Shown piece by piece: positions 20,001 to 28,663 of a stretch of DNA of 64,000 nt; within the stretch, counting starts at the first letter, position 1; each line of letters opens with the position of its first letter. The notes beneath the pieces are model-generated. The model saw nothing but the letters and a program-made list of their open reading frames with translations, searched no databases and was not told the DNA's origin. Position numbers and translations under genes: made by a program. Source of the stretch: Candidatus Latescibacterota bacterium (GTDB taxonomy: Bacteria; Latescibacterota; UBA2968); contig OZ244960.1 of the NCBI GenBank assembly GCA_965222605.1, positions 128,001 to 192,000 of the forward strand, written 5' to 3'.

Positions 20001-21622
20001 GCGCCGGGACGGGGGCGATCAGGAATAATGCTTCGCCGGGGAAATGTGCGCACAAAACCCTGTAACCCGCGCATGCGATCGTCGGGGTCCAGCTTGTAAT
20101 CGGGCAAAAAATCTTCGGAATGTAACCCGAGGTCAAGCACGCTGGCAAGCATGCGTATCTGCCCGGTGAGATTTTTGAAATTCACATGTTCGGGCTTATC
20201 CAGTGGGGTATCTACTCTGAAACGCGCGTCGTTGACCGTAATGAGCGACAGCGCTGGCGTGCCCGCTTCCAAAACGACCTCGCCGTCTGTTTTCAAGATT
20301 TTCCCCGGAATATACATATCCCAGTTCATGCCGCCTTTTGGATTGATCCCATCGATGAGGGCATCGGCGGGATCCAGGTCAAAACGCTCGGCTATCGCCT
20401 CTGAATAATGCACAAGCGATTTGCCAAATGGCGTGAAGAAACGCTTGTAATAATAATTGCGCGTGCTGTTCCAAACTCCGATTTCATCTGTCTGACTCGT
20501 CAAATCGAGAGAAATCAACAGTGGAAGCTCGAGAGGTTCGGTCATCAGTGCGGCAAAATGCTTTTCCTTGCGCGAATGCCTGCTCAAAAAATCGCAAATG
20601 CCCCTGAAGCCGAGATGGTGCGCGGAAGATGCGAGAAACAAAAGCGTGTGTTTGGGCGGGTACTTGCTAAAATATTCAGCCAACTTCATCATGCCCACAA
20701 TCCCACACGCCATCTCTGCGCCCGGCGCGCGTGCAGGCACTACGGACATCGCATCGTAATACGTATTGATCACCACGGTTTTTTCGCTCAATACGGGATC
20801 GGTTCCGCGAATCCAGCCCAAAATATTCCGCGTCTCTTTCTTTTCCCAATCCATTCGCGCTTTCAACGCAACATTGACCTGATCCTTTTGCGCGAGCAGT
20901 GCTTTGAGTTTTTCGCCGCTTTTCTTATCGATCCAGAAACGCTCAACACTGTTGGGCACCTGCAAAAATTTGGTTTCTGCCTGTGCGGTAAACGTGGAAT
21001 CGGGTTCGATAAACACAATCTGCTGCGCGCCGAGCATGGCGGCATTGAGCCAGTGGTTCCACGAATTAAATTCCATCAACACCACGGCACCATCTAACTC
21101 GCGCCCATTAAACGCCGCGAAATCGCCAGTGCCGCCCCACAAGAGATGCCCCTGTACGCCACCTGTGGGCAAAGTGGTCGTCTTGACCAGATTGGGCCAC
21201 AAGCCGTGAATGGCAAAAATCTCGCCTGTGTCTTCCACCGTCAGGGTTCCACCATAGTCTATGGGCACGGCCACGTCATACGTTTCGGCTTCTACGTCTT
21301 CCATGCCAAAACGCCGAAACTCAGAAATGATAAAATCCGCGGTTTTTTCATGGCCCGCATAACCCACCACGCGCGATTCGTGTTGCGTGAACTGATCCAT
21401 CAACGTGCGAATCCCATCTTCGCGCACAGCATCCAAAACCCGTGTGCCCACTTCTTCTGCACGCGGAACGGGCACGGGAGGAACTGCGCCGGGCATTTCC
21501 AATCCCAACAAAGCAGCTATATGGGGATTTACGCGATAGGGGCCGGCAATCAGGAGTGCCGTAACAAAAATCCCCAAACCGATGAGGCTCCATGCGATGA
21601 GCTTGTAATTTTTATCATCCAT
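17096..21622 (-). CDS. Giant membrane protein: M28-peptidase-like domain + MacB-like periplasmic domain + FtsX permease
   Basis: M28-like N-terminal region (RNILG.I.G.D, YYD.MS.VP..APGA); GIANMKKRKMRT.LT; ER.REIGIYSAVGL.P..I..LF.AEA. Start probably MDDKNY at 21622. Confidence 0.8.
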   Translation of the reverse strand: MDDKNYKLIAWSLIGLGIFVTALLIAGPYRVNPHIAALLGLEMPGAVPPVPVPRAEEVGTRVLDAVREDGIRTLMDQFTQHESRVVGYAGHEKTADFIISEFRRFGMEDVEAETYDVAVPIDYGGTLTVEDTGEIFAIHGLWPNLVKTTTLPTGGVQGHLLWGGTGDFAAFNGRELDGAVVLMEFNSWNHWLNAAMLGAQQIVFIEPDSTFTAQAETKFLQVPNSVERFWIDKKSGEKLKALLAQKDQVNVALKARMDWEKKETRNILGWIRGTDPVLSEKTVVINTYYDAMSVVPARAPGAEMACGIVGMMKLAEYFSKYPPKHTLLFLASSAHHLGFRGICDFLSRHSRKEKHFAALMTEPLELPLLISLDLTSQTDEIGVWNSTRNYYYKRFFTPFGKSLVHYSEAIAERFDLDPADALIDGINPKGGMNWDMYIPGKILKTDGEVVLEAGTPALSLITVNDARFRVDTPLDKPEHVNFKNLTGQIRMLASVLDLGLHSEDFLPDYKLDPDDRMRGLQGFVRTFPRRSIIPDRPRPGAVASLRMGVDKSIKGVRRIYYDIADEDGEFYMPGIAERRVDVKAFYMDPESGEITYAPNHGRQARIYRGEFNMDWWISKRTRILFPCIATDFYDTVDPRYLTKLSSISVLGPGNTAPQEYGYAIGFGPEEPVGTIFTTPGERVKIVMRLGGRSLDIGVRYMLLNSKSAESVEVARGDGFQTLQHGSFIYSSFQAAKDMWTLNEARMRELAKYSIENQRMTNLHAQAKYHLDLAEESMQDKKWDLFVKHTRAGMGLESRAYPDVKATQNDVIRGVIFFMILVIPCAFFVERLLFTFSDIRLQIGGFGVVFMVIWIVLSQVHPAFDLSNPFVILLAFVILALAIFVIAIVSGRFHDNIRQLRTEEVLLHDTDVGRISASVAAFQLGIANMKKRKMRTGLTFATLVLLTFTVLSFTSIKTTLDFYQIPLDTGGKYPGLLIRSQFWGPLEDTAYDYARINFFDQGEIAPRSWYVTRDLKKTPIETPEKRTKVLGILGLAVNEPAVTRIDTLLSHGRWFEEGELACILPGKMAGLLEVGPEDVGKKSVRLFGKQLKVVGVIDAEKMRNHPDLDGEMLSPADFKLTDDEIVSRLTQQETREKQGLEQPQLENMPFEHIDPDDIIIIPYNILREVGSPLQSVAIRLHEGVDVEEQVKEYVSRLSVVVYAGIPMADGKIQVSIYSSMGWGPLPGLANLFVPILVAALIVLNTMMGSVYERFREIGIYSAVGLAPVHISFLFIAEACVYAVLGTVSGYLLGQGVIKILLWQGLLQGLNVNYSALSTVISSVLVMVVVLVSSLYPARQASLMAVPDVTRRWKLPDPDGDHWHFEFPFTVGGKDVFGLSVFLVDYFESHMGESMGAFYTDGARFGSVEAATGAGYTIDTKIWLAPYDLGVSQQVHFEAVPMGEHNIFSMTLTIDRLSGDAASWRRVNQGFMNALRKQFLIWRTVDPANRAQYTEKGRVLLSAPKAVVNA

Positions 21623-23606
21623 AGCGATGTACCCAATGTCCACGTTCTGAGAACCAAATCATGTCAATACCCACTGACAAAGCCACACCGAGAATATATC
21701 CGACCAGCAAACCGATGAACAGGGGCCTGGATTTGCGATAAATCGTTGGGCCCCCCACTTTTATGATGACAAACTTAATCAACCACGCCAGAAAAGTTGT
21801 AAAACTGGTGCGACGGACCAGATAAGAACCCGAAATCGCCAGCCCCACGGGATGCAGAGGCCACCACGCAAAGCGATAGCGCATATAGATCAACCCAGCC
21901 ATCAGCAGACCGCCAATGCCAAAAAATGCCGCTTGTTCGGGATGTTCCTCATAAAATGGTGGCTTGTCGGGGTCTTTAATCACGTTAACCGTCCCCTGGA
22001 AGTGGCGTTCGGCTGCTCGCGTAATCTCCCAACTGTTGAAATTATAAGCCCCCTGATCGTACCCCAACCACACGGTGAACAGCATATTGAACAGCAAACT
22101 GACCATAAACACCAGCCCAATAGCACCCATCAGCCGCCGCCGCTGATTGCCGGGAACGCCCTCGGAGACGCGCCCTGCATGGGCAAGCGCGGGCAAAAAC
22201 AACCCCTTAAAATGCCCGGTAATCAAACCCGAATAGCGGTAAGCGACATGGGTGGCAAGCGGGATATTGCGCCGTCCAAAAAACGGTGCAACCATACTCC
22301 AGGCACCTATGGGCGTATTGGTAAATGGCATGCCAGTATCGGCGAGGATCTTCGCCATACCCGTATAGACAAAAACCACGGAGAGAAGGAGTAAAAATCC
22401 TTGCAATGGATCGAAATTCATCTGCGTCAGCCAGATAAACAAATACGCCATACTGCACAGCAAACCGATGCAAGCAGCGCGATAAGACATCAATTCCTCG
22501 GAGTCATCCACCGTTGGATCTCTTCCAAGTGCCTTCATCAACACATCGCGCAAATGTCTTCTCGCTACCCAGAATGTCGAACCCACAAAAACAATAAATG
22601 CCCCTGCAATCTGCCAGTAATAAACCCCCGTGCGATAATAAGGCGTGGTGGCTCTATAGCCCCACTTGCTGAGCTGACCGCCCTCAAAGATGAACAACAA
22701 ATCAAAAAACCAGATTGAAAACAGAACATCCAGGCTGGCAAAATAAGAAAAAAGAATGGTAAAAATGCCAAAGTATCCCCTGATAGGCGGCATTTGCCAA
22801 TCAATCCAGTACCAGCGCGACCGGTAAATGGGAAAACGCGGAAAGCCCGGCACAAAGTAATTGATACAATTCCAGGCCAGCACACCAAAAGCAATGGCAA
22901 ATCCGATCCAGAATAAGCGATTGCGCGTAAACTCGGGCAACCAACCCTCGCCATCGCCCGGTTCAGAAACAATATCGATCAACGGCGCCATCGCGGGAAA
23001 AACCAGGCGTTCGTTTTGCACCCACTGTTTTCTCAAAACCGTAGCGACACAGGCCAGCATCAAAAAAGCCGCCGCCACAACCGTCGTCCACCAGAACAAG
23101 GGCAATATCCACACGTCCCATGGAATCTCTGCACCGCTCGGCAAGCCTTCGTAAAACCACGCAACGGCATTGCCCTCGTGGCTCGGCAAGAGCCAATTGG
23201 GCAAAAGCGGATGCAAATGCTCAGCCCACTGATTTTCTTCCGTAGCAAAATAATAAGGTGCCGTGATATAGCCGATCAAATAACCCGTCAGTCCAAAACA
23301 CGGCAGTGCCGCGCCCACAAGGCCCATCGCCAGAATCGCATGCCATTCACCTGGTGAGAGCGCCCAGCCGGTCGCCCTGGCAATAATGGCGAGTCCGATC
23401 ATCAAAATCATCAACACGATCAGCATGGCCATTGGGATATGGCTATACGTCATCAGCGGAGCGTGCAAGACGTAGCGCACAAAAATAGCCAGCAGATCGA
23501 GGGCGACGACGAGAAATAGCCCCAATCCCACAGCGCGCAATGTTACCGCGGGTTGTGAACTCGCATCATCTGCTTCTGTCTGAATATTTTGTGTATCAAG
23601 GGCCAT
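21615..23606 (-). CDS. DUF6785/DUF6784-type multi-pass membrane protein
   Basis: LRKQW.Q.ERL.FP, WWPLHP.G, W..K..I.K.GG...YR...P.F.GL. Confidence 0.75.
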   Translation of the reverse strand: MALDTQNIQTEADDASSQPAVTLRAVGLGLFLVVALDLLAIFVRYVLHAPLMTYSHIPMAMLIVLMILMIGLAIIARATGWALSPGEWHAILAMGLVGAALPCFGLTGYLIGYITAPYYFATEENQWAEHLHPLLPNWLLPSHEGNAVAWFYEGLPSGAEIPWDVWILPLFWWTTVVAAAFLMLACVATVLRKQWVQNERLVFPAMAPLIDIVSEPGDGEGWLPEFTRNRLFWIGFAIAFGVLAWNCINYFVPGFPRFPIYRSRWYWIDWQMPPIRGYFGIFTILFSYFASLDVLFSIWFFDLLFIFEGGQLSKWGYRATTPYYRTGVYYWQIAGAFIVFVGSTFWVARRHLRDVLMKALGRDPTVDDSEELMSYRAACIGLLCSMAYLFIWLTQMNFDPLQGFLLLLSVVFVYTGMAKILADTGMPFTNTPIGAWSMVAPFFGRRNIPLATHVAYRYSGLITGHFKGLFLPALAHAGRVSEGVPGNQRRRLMGAIGLVFMVSLLFNMLFTVWLGYDQGAYNFNSWEITRAAERHFQGTVNVIKDPDKPPFYEEHPEQAAFFGIGGLLMAGLIYMRYRFAWWPLHPVGLAISGSYLVRRTSFTTFLAWLIKFVIIKVGGPTIYRKSRPLFIGLLVGYILGVALSVGIDMIWFSERGHWVHRYG

Positions 23607-23731
23607 GGGCGTGATTTTCGTGATACAAGATCAAATCCCTTAGAAAATGTGCGGGAATAATTAACCCTTGCCCTCTGCATTTGTCAAATGGTTTATCTGA
23701 TTCATGGAGGGAAAAAACATGTGCAAGAACC

Positions 23732-23760
23732 TTGACACCAATCATCTGTTTTGTTAGATT
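23732..23760 (+). promoter_or_regulatory. sigma70-type promoter of tRNA-Phe
   Basis: TTGACA-17 bp-TAGATT with an extended TG, 25 bp before the tRNA. Confidence 0.7.
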
Positions 23761-23785
23761 TTCTGACCTTATCGGAAAATATGAT

Positions 23786-23861
<76 letters not shown>

Positions 23862-23915
23862 TTTTTTTCGTTGACCATACACAGACGTAGATTTGCTTGC
23901 AAAGTTCCCAAATAT

Positions 23916-23954
23916 AAAAGAGGGTGTGAACACTGAAAGTTCACGCCCTCTTTG
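23916..23954. terminator. Bidirectional terminator between the tRNA and the FGE gene
   Basis: AAAAGAGGGTGTGAAC-N7-GTTCACGCCCTCTTTT. Confidence 0.8.
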
Positions 23955-23983
23955 TTTTATAGTTATTAAAAAAATCGAAAAAG

Positions 23984-24772
23984 CTATAAACTTTGAGCAA
24001 CCCGAAACCCCACATAAAGGCTCCCGGCAAAGGTCCTGTGTTGGTCGCGAACAGCCGAGCGCTGGAAAAATCCTTCCAGGTACCATGCACCGCCGCGCAC
24101 CACGCGCGCAGTAGAGTCGCCGACCTCCCACGCAGATCCGTCATTGGGTGCGCCCACATATCTATTATTATAGCAATCCTGAGTCCATTCCCACACGTTG
24201 CCGTGCATATCGTAAAGCCCCCAACCATTGGCCTCGAACGATCCCACAGGTGCTGACATCTCATTATCCCACTGACTGCCGCACCCATTGCAATTGGCGC
24301 GGTTGCGACCAAGATTATTTCCCCAGCTATACCTCGTCACTGTTCCCGCGCGCGCCGCATACTCCCACTCTGCCTCGCTCGGCAAACGATAGTTTTTCCC
24401 TGTCTGCTCCGATAGCCATTCCGTGTACGCCACCGCATCATCCCATGTGATATTAATCACGGGACGCCGCCCCCGGCCAAAACCTCTGTCGTCTGCTCGC
24501 TCGCGCCCCGTCGCATCCGTGAAGAGATCGTACTCCTCAAACATCACTTCATATTTCGACAGCGCGAACGACTCAATCGTCACCTCGTGTACTGGTCTCT
24601 CGGCGTTAGTGCAACCTCTCCCCGACACACAGCCCATCTTAAAACGCCCCGCAGGAATCACCACCATCTCTGGCGGCTTAAAAGAAGCCACACTCTCCTG
24701 TGAAACTTGAGCGGATGTACCCGTAAATCCCAATAAGATTACAACGAAAACACTCCTGATAACTCTCCTCAT
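23984..24772 (-). CDS. Secreted FGE-sulfatase (SUMF1/C-type-lectin fold) domain protein
   Basis: Signal peptide; MV.IPAG.F.MG, RLPSEAEWEYAARAG, GLYDMHGNVWEW, RV.RGG.W, GFR. Confidence 0.9.
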   Translation of the reverse strand: MRRVIRSVFVVILLGFTGTSAQVSQESVASFKPPEMVVIPAGRFKMGCVSGRGCTNAERPVHEVTIESFALSKYEVMFEEYDLFTDATGRERADDRGFGRGRRPVINITWDDAVAYTEWLSEQTGKNYRLPSEAEWEYAARAGTVTRYSWGNNLGRNRANCNGCGSQWDNEMSAPVGSFEANGWGLYDMHGNVWEWTQDCYNNRYVGAPNDGSAWEVGDSTARVVRGGAWYLEGFFQRSAVRDQHRTFAGSLYVGFRVAQSL

Positions 24773-24856
24773 GATATATCTCCTGTCATTAAAGGCTCAT
24801 CACAATTAAGACATTAAAAAAATAAGACAACTTCTTATGGATGAGAAACATATTTT

Positions 24857-25585
24857 TCACCTTCCAATGGTCACATTGACCAGGGCACCGGGTCTGACAT
24901 GCTTTCCCGCATTCAAAAAAAGACCTGTTACTTTGCACGTCCCATTTTCTGGATCAATAACAGGACTGATCCCGACAATGCGCCCGGGCAGCGCGCGCTT
25001 TCCGCCGGCGGTTGGCACGGCAGACAGCGGCATATTCTTATGGATCGCGTTCAGCCTGTCCTCGGGCACAAACAGATGCACCTGAAGATTCATGGGGTCG
25101 ATGACCCGCGCGACCGCGGTGTAAGCCAGTACCCAGTCGCCAGGCTTTACATTGACCTCGACCACCATCCCGTCCTGGGGTGCAATGATTGCGGTTCTGT
25201 CCAGTTCCATGCGCGCGGTGACCCAGTTGCAGTGCGCGACCTCGGCATCGAAGCGGACATTTTCAAGCTGCTGGTCACTGATCAGCTTCTTATCGTGCAA
25301 CATTTCCAATCGCGCTTGCAGGGTCTGAGCCTTCTTCAGTGCAATTCGGGCCGCAGCTTCCTTCACACGCAGATCTCGGCGGGTTAATACCATGAGGGTA
25401 TCCCCTTTGACCACCCGGTCTCCCACCTGGAAGTTGACCTGCTGCATCCGCGCGTTCATCCCGGCATAGACAGTCGCCGATCGCGCAGATACTAAAGGTG
25501 CCCTCAATATCAGTTCTTGTGCATTGACCCTTGCGGCAATGAGCATGAAGAACAGACCGCATAGAAACATCGCGTTGTATATCAT
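24857..25585 (-). CDS. RND/HlyD-type membrane fusion (periplasmic adaptor) protein
   Basis: Lipoyl halves VGDRV.KGD.L and I.AP.DG.V....V.PG, alpha-hairpin, ISPVIDP..GT..V, RPG; 4-bp overlap with the upstream gene. Confidence 0.85.
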   Translation of the reverse strand: MIYNAMFLCGLFFMLIAARVNAQELILRAPLVSARSATVYAGMNARMQQVNFQVGDRVVKGDTLMVLTRRDLRVKEAAARIALKKAQTLQARLEMLHDKKLISDQQLENVRFDAEVAHCNWVTARMELDRTAIIAPQDGMVVEVNVKPGDWVLAYTAVARVIDPMNLQVHLFVPEDRLNAIHKNMPLSAVPTAGGKRALPGRIVGISPVIDPENGTCKVTGLFLNAGKHVRPGALVNVTIGR

Positions 25586-26775
25586 AGTTGGTCTCCTATT
25601 AGACGGATACGTAACACACCCCTGAATCGCACGTTTTTGCGTTTCAGGGCCTCGATCTCTTTCTGCTTTTCCGCCAGTTCTCTCTCTATTTGCCTCAGTT
25701 TCAGGTAATGAACGGGCGGATGCGCCATTTTTAAGTCCTCTATTTTTTCATAAAGCCCTTGCTCTACCCCTGATAAATCTTTTATGCGTTGTGAGAGGCC
25801 TCTAAAAATGGGCTGGAACCGCAAAATCTCCTCTTTCTGGGCAAATTTGAATTCAAACGCCCGGGTGGTGAAACTGACAGCACCGCCCTGGCGGTCTTCT
25901 TCCTCAACTTCAAAAGAAGCATCTGCCTCGAGCAGTCCAGATACAAAACTGTTTTTCGGGATCCGCTTTATCAGTTCCCGATAGGTCTCGTCTTTCAACC
26001 GGATCGTCTGTATTCTCACGGGGCGATCAGTTTCCTCCACGCGCACCTTATCCGGCAAAATGGCACCGTGTTCTCCGCAAGTCAGAACCCGCCCATCGAA
26101 AAAGATCCAGAACCAGGCGGGCCTGGCATCGAGGATCAGAGCTTTTCCACGCACCCTTTCGCGCGTGTGTCGCCATTGTCCTTCAAAATTCAAATAGGTT
26201 TCTGTATTGGCTCCCCGATAATCTGAGTATGCGGCCGAAGGCGTAGCCATCAGGTATCTAAATGATCGCCAGATACCGCCCATGTTCGATATGGGCATGA
26301 ACGCCAGGAGCAGTATTACAACCACGGCCAATACAGTACCCTCCCCCATGAGGGATCCGGTTTTGACCCTGTACCTCGCACTGCCGGGGAAAACGCAAAC
26401 CGCGGGATGGGGATAAAACAAGGGCACGCCGCTTTTGGTCGCACAATCGGCGATTAGATGGCTCATATAGCCTAATAGTATGGCTGCATAACACGCAGAT
26501 TGATAGGCGAGTAAAGGCAGAGTGACAACCGATAGGGCGAGCATACAGAGCAGCGAATGGGTAATTGAGCGGTGCCCCCATCGCCGCTCGATCGGGATGG
26601 AAGCAAGGGGCATCATCCGACCAATAGAACTTCTCGGCGAATCCACATCTGGAAGCAGGCTCCCTATGATCGCGCATGCGACCGCGGGAAGATTGCGGTG
26701 AATGGACATGGAAAAGAGCGAGAAGGAACTCGCCACAGTGAGCAGCCCAAATGCAATGTGTGTCGGTGCAGTCAT
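25582..26775 (-). CDS. YdjM-like inner-membrane metal-dependent hydrolase with a soluble C-terminal extension
   Basis: M..PTH, GSLLPD.D...S..G, GHRSITHS, GY.SHL.AD..T.SGV.L.YP; coiled-coil C-terminus; ATGA overlaps on both sides. Confidence 0.85.
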   Translation of the reverse strand: MTAPTHIAFGLLTVASSFSLFSMSIHRNLPAVACAIIGSLLPDVDSPRSSIGRMMPLASIPIERRWGHRSITHSLLCMLALSVVTLPLLAYQSACYAAILLGYMSHLIADCATKSGVPLFYPHPAVCVFPGSARYRVKTGSLMGEGTVLAVVVILLLAFMPISNMGGIWRSFRYLMATPSAAYSDYRGANTETYLNFEGQWRHTRERVRGKALILDARPAWFWIFFDGRVLTCGEHGAILPDKVRVEETDRPVRIQTIRLKDETYRELIKRIPKNSFVSGLLEADASFEVEEEDRQGGAVSFTTRAFEFKFAQKEEILRFQPIFRGLSQRIKDLSGVEQGLYEKIEDLKMAHPPVHYLKLRQIERELAEKQKEIEALKRKNVRFRGVLRIRLIGDQL

Positions 26776-28304
26776 CGTTTGAACCTGTACATAAAGAATC
26801 GAATGCCTACCAGAAGCGCGCTGCCGATACCAGCCAGCACATAGCCTTCCATACTCCCGATGCCGCGCATGAAGAAGCGCGCTGCGACCACGGCCAGCAG
26901 AAGCAGCACCACGGCGAACGTAAGATCGATCTGGTTTCGCGCGCCCGTGTGCAACACATCTCGCACCACGGATCGCGTCACGGCCGGTTCTTTGCGAAGC
27001 CGTTCCACAATCTCAATGATGGCGCGCGGATTCCCAGCACTCTGTTGCAAGATGTTCGTCTCCGTCATTCGGTAGTCTTCTATATTGGCGCCAGTAGTAC
27101 ACTGGCGGATGAGTTTTTTCGCGTCCGCGGTAGATAGGTACTCTATTTCTACGCGGTCGAACTTCCAGAAGTGTTTCTCGTGTGGCTTCCTGACTTCTGG
27201 CAGGGCCGCGATAATGGTAAACTTGCGGTTGAGTTTATCGATCAATCGCCCGACGGAGGCGGTCATATCCGCCAGATCATCAACGATTAACACGAACTCG
27301 TTTTCCTCCACTGAGCCGAGCACCATATCTGTCCAGCCCTGAATGGTCGTGCGGGTGTGTTGCTTTTTGATCCTTTCAAATTTGTCCGGACCAGCCGGAC
27401 ATAGCCTTCCTATTTTATGAAGCTCCTTCGCAATATTTATCAGGGCCTCTTTCGCCGGCGTCAGCGTCTTCACCTTGAGCACATTTTCTGCGTTGAGCAA
27501 CGCGAGCAAATGACTTTTGCCCACGCCGATCGGGCCGATCAATAGTGTGTCAATGCCCTTGCTCAAGTTGTCTTTGAGCTGGCGCAATTCCTCATCGCGG
27601 CCTACGGTCTGCTGCATCCCGATGCGTGTGTGCTTTCTCGGCCACGCGAAGAATCTGTAATTGCGATTCTTCTGGCGCGACCACCACCGCGACCACCGCG
27701 ACCTGCGATCGATGCGATCAACAGAACGCCGCTTTTGCTCGGCACTTACAGAAATGTAGATGGACGACGTCTCAAGGGACGCATGCCCCATCAGGTCTTT
27801 GATGCGCTCGACCGGCACATCCCGATCTGCCAGGTCAGTGCCGAAGGTGTGCCTGAGCATGTGTGGATGGACGTGGCGGATCCCCGCGCGCTGGGCGTAG
27901 GTCTTCATGGACGCCCACACGGTCTTGCGGCTGAGACGCTGCCCATTGCGGAGGTTGCAAAAGACATATTCGGAATCTGAAAAATGACGGGACTCCAGCC
28001 ACTCGCGGAGGACGTCCTGCACCTCGAGGTTCATCGGTACAACCCGCTCTTTGCCGCGCTTATCCGTAAAGCGAAGGCTCGGTGTGCCCGTTGACCAGTC
28101 AATGTTGTCAATCGTGAGCGAACACGCTTCGGATACGCGCAGACCACACATCGAGAGAACGGCAATCAGCGCGCGATCGCGCGGGTTCATGCGTACGGAT
28201 TTGAGCGCTTCAAGCTCGTCTTGCGCGAGAGCTTTAGGGAGCTTCTGTGATGGGACTTTACGGGATGGTACTGCTGGACGGGTTGTGGGTGACTGGTGAA
28301 CCAT
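26772..28304 (-). CDS. Tyrosine recombinase catalytic domain fused to a P-loop ATPase and two C-terminal TM helices
   Basis: Intact R-K-HxxR-H-Y residues (GLRVSE, DKRGK, HMLRH, MGH, SIY); Walker A GPIGVGKS; Walker B LIVDDL; GNPR; hydrophobic tail. Strong SD AGGAGG. Confidence 0.85.
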   Translation of the reverse strand: MVHQSPTTRPAVPSRKVPSQKLPKALAQDELEALKSVRMNPRDRALIAVLSMCGLRVSEACSLTIDNIDWSTGTPSLRFTDKRGKERVVPMNLEVQDVLREWLESRHFSDSEYVFCNLRNGQRLSRKTVWASMKTYAQRAGIRHVHPHMLRHTFGTDLADRDVPVERIKDLMGHASLETSSIYISVSAEQKRRSVDRIDRRSRWSRWWSRQKNRNYRFFAWPRKHTRIGMQQTVGRDEELRQLKDNLSKGIDTLLIGPIGVGKSHLLALLNAENVLKVKTLTPAKEALINIAKELHKIGRLCPAGPDKFERIKKQHTRTTIQGWTDMVLGSVEENEFVLIVDDLADMTASVGRLIDKLNRKFTIIAALPEVRKPHEKHFWKFDRVEIEYLSTADAKKLIRQCTTGANIEDYRMTETNILQQSAGNPRAIIEIVERLRKEPAVTRSVVRDVLHTGARNQIDLTFAVVLLLLAVVAARFFMRGIGSMEGYVLAGIGSALLVGIRFFMYRFKR

Positions 28305-28363
28305 GAGAAACGCCTCCTGTATGGGTTGGAATTGAAAATTTTGATCTCGTGCCCTTCATATAG

Positions 28364-28379
28364 TGCAAGAACCGTGCCA
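28364..28379 (-). promoter_or_regulatory. sigma54 (-24/-12) promoter of the recombinase-ATPase operon
   Basis: Minus strand TGGCACGGTTCTTGCA matches TGGCAC-N5-TTGCA exactly, about 60 bp before the ATG. Confidence 0.85.
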
Positions 28380-28454
28380 AAATTTTCAAAAATGCCGTAA
28401 CTGCTTGCAGGAGAGCGTGTTTTTAAAAAATGCCGGAAAAATGGCCTGTGGGGA

Positions 28455-28537
28455 ACTGTGTCAAATGACACAGTAGGTGTTTCAAATGAAACAGTAAGTG
28501 TGTCATATGACACAGTTGGGACTATAATGAAACAGGG
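28455..28537. promoter_or_regulatory. Tandem palindromic enhancer boxes (bEBP UAS, TGT-N10-ACA), 21-bp period
   Basis: ACTGTGTCAAATGACACAGT, GGTGTTTCAAATGAAACAGT, AGTGTGTCATATGACACAGT plus a half site, about 100-160 bp upstream of the predicted TSS. Confidence 0.7.
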
Positions 28538-28560
28538 GGATTACAGAGGGAAATCACACA

Positions 28561-28590
28561 AAAAATGCCCTGAAGAATACAGGGCATTTT
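28561..28590 (-). terminator. Terminator insulating the sigma54 region
   Basis: AAAATGCCCTG-N7-CAGGGCATTTT; also present in repeat copy B. Confidence 0.7.
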
Positions 28591-28663
28591 GAAAGGTATT
28601 TGGAGCATACCATACAACGGGCTGTCATCATCGGTCCTGCGGACATTGTTTGCGTTTTGCCAT

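Larger units (their letters stand above)
28252..28601. repeat. Direct repeat copy A (first ~18 codons + sigma54 promoter + UAS + terminator)
   Basis: Aligns along its length with 36930-37257; MVHQSPTTRPAVPSRKVP versus MVHQSLVTRPAVPSRTVP. Confidence 0.9.

Noticed and set aside
24800-24840. TAAGACA direct repeats as another dif-like site
   Set aside because: Half-sites only, with no inverted TGTC arm at the right spacing.
28455-28537. 21-bp palindromic repeats as a CRISPR array or iterons
   Set aside because: There are no spacers and no cas or rep gene; their position upstream of a sigma54 box fits enhancer sites better.
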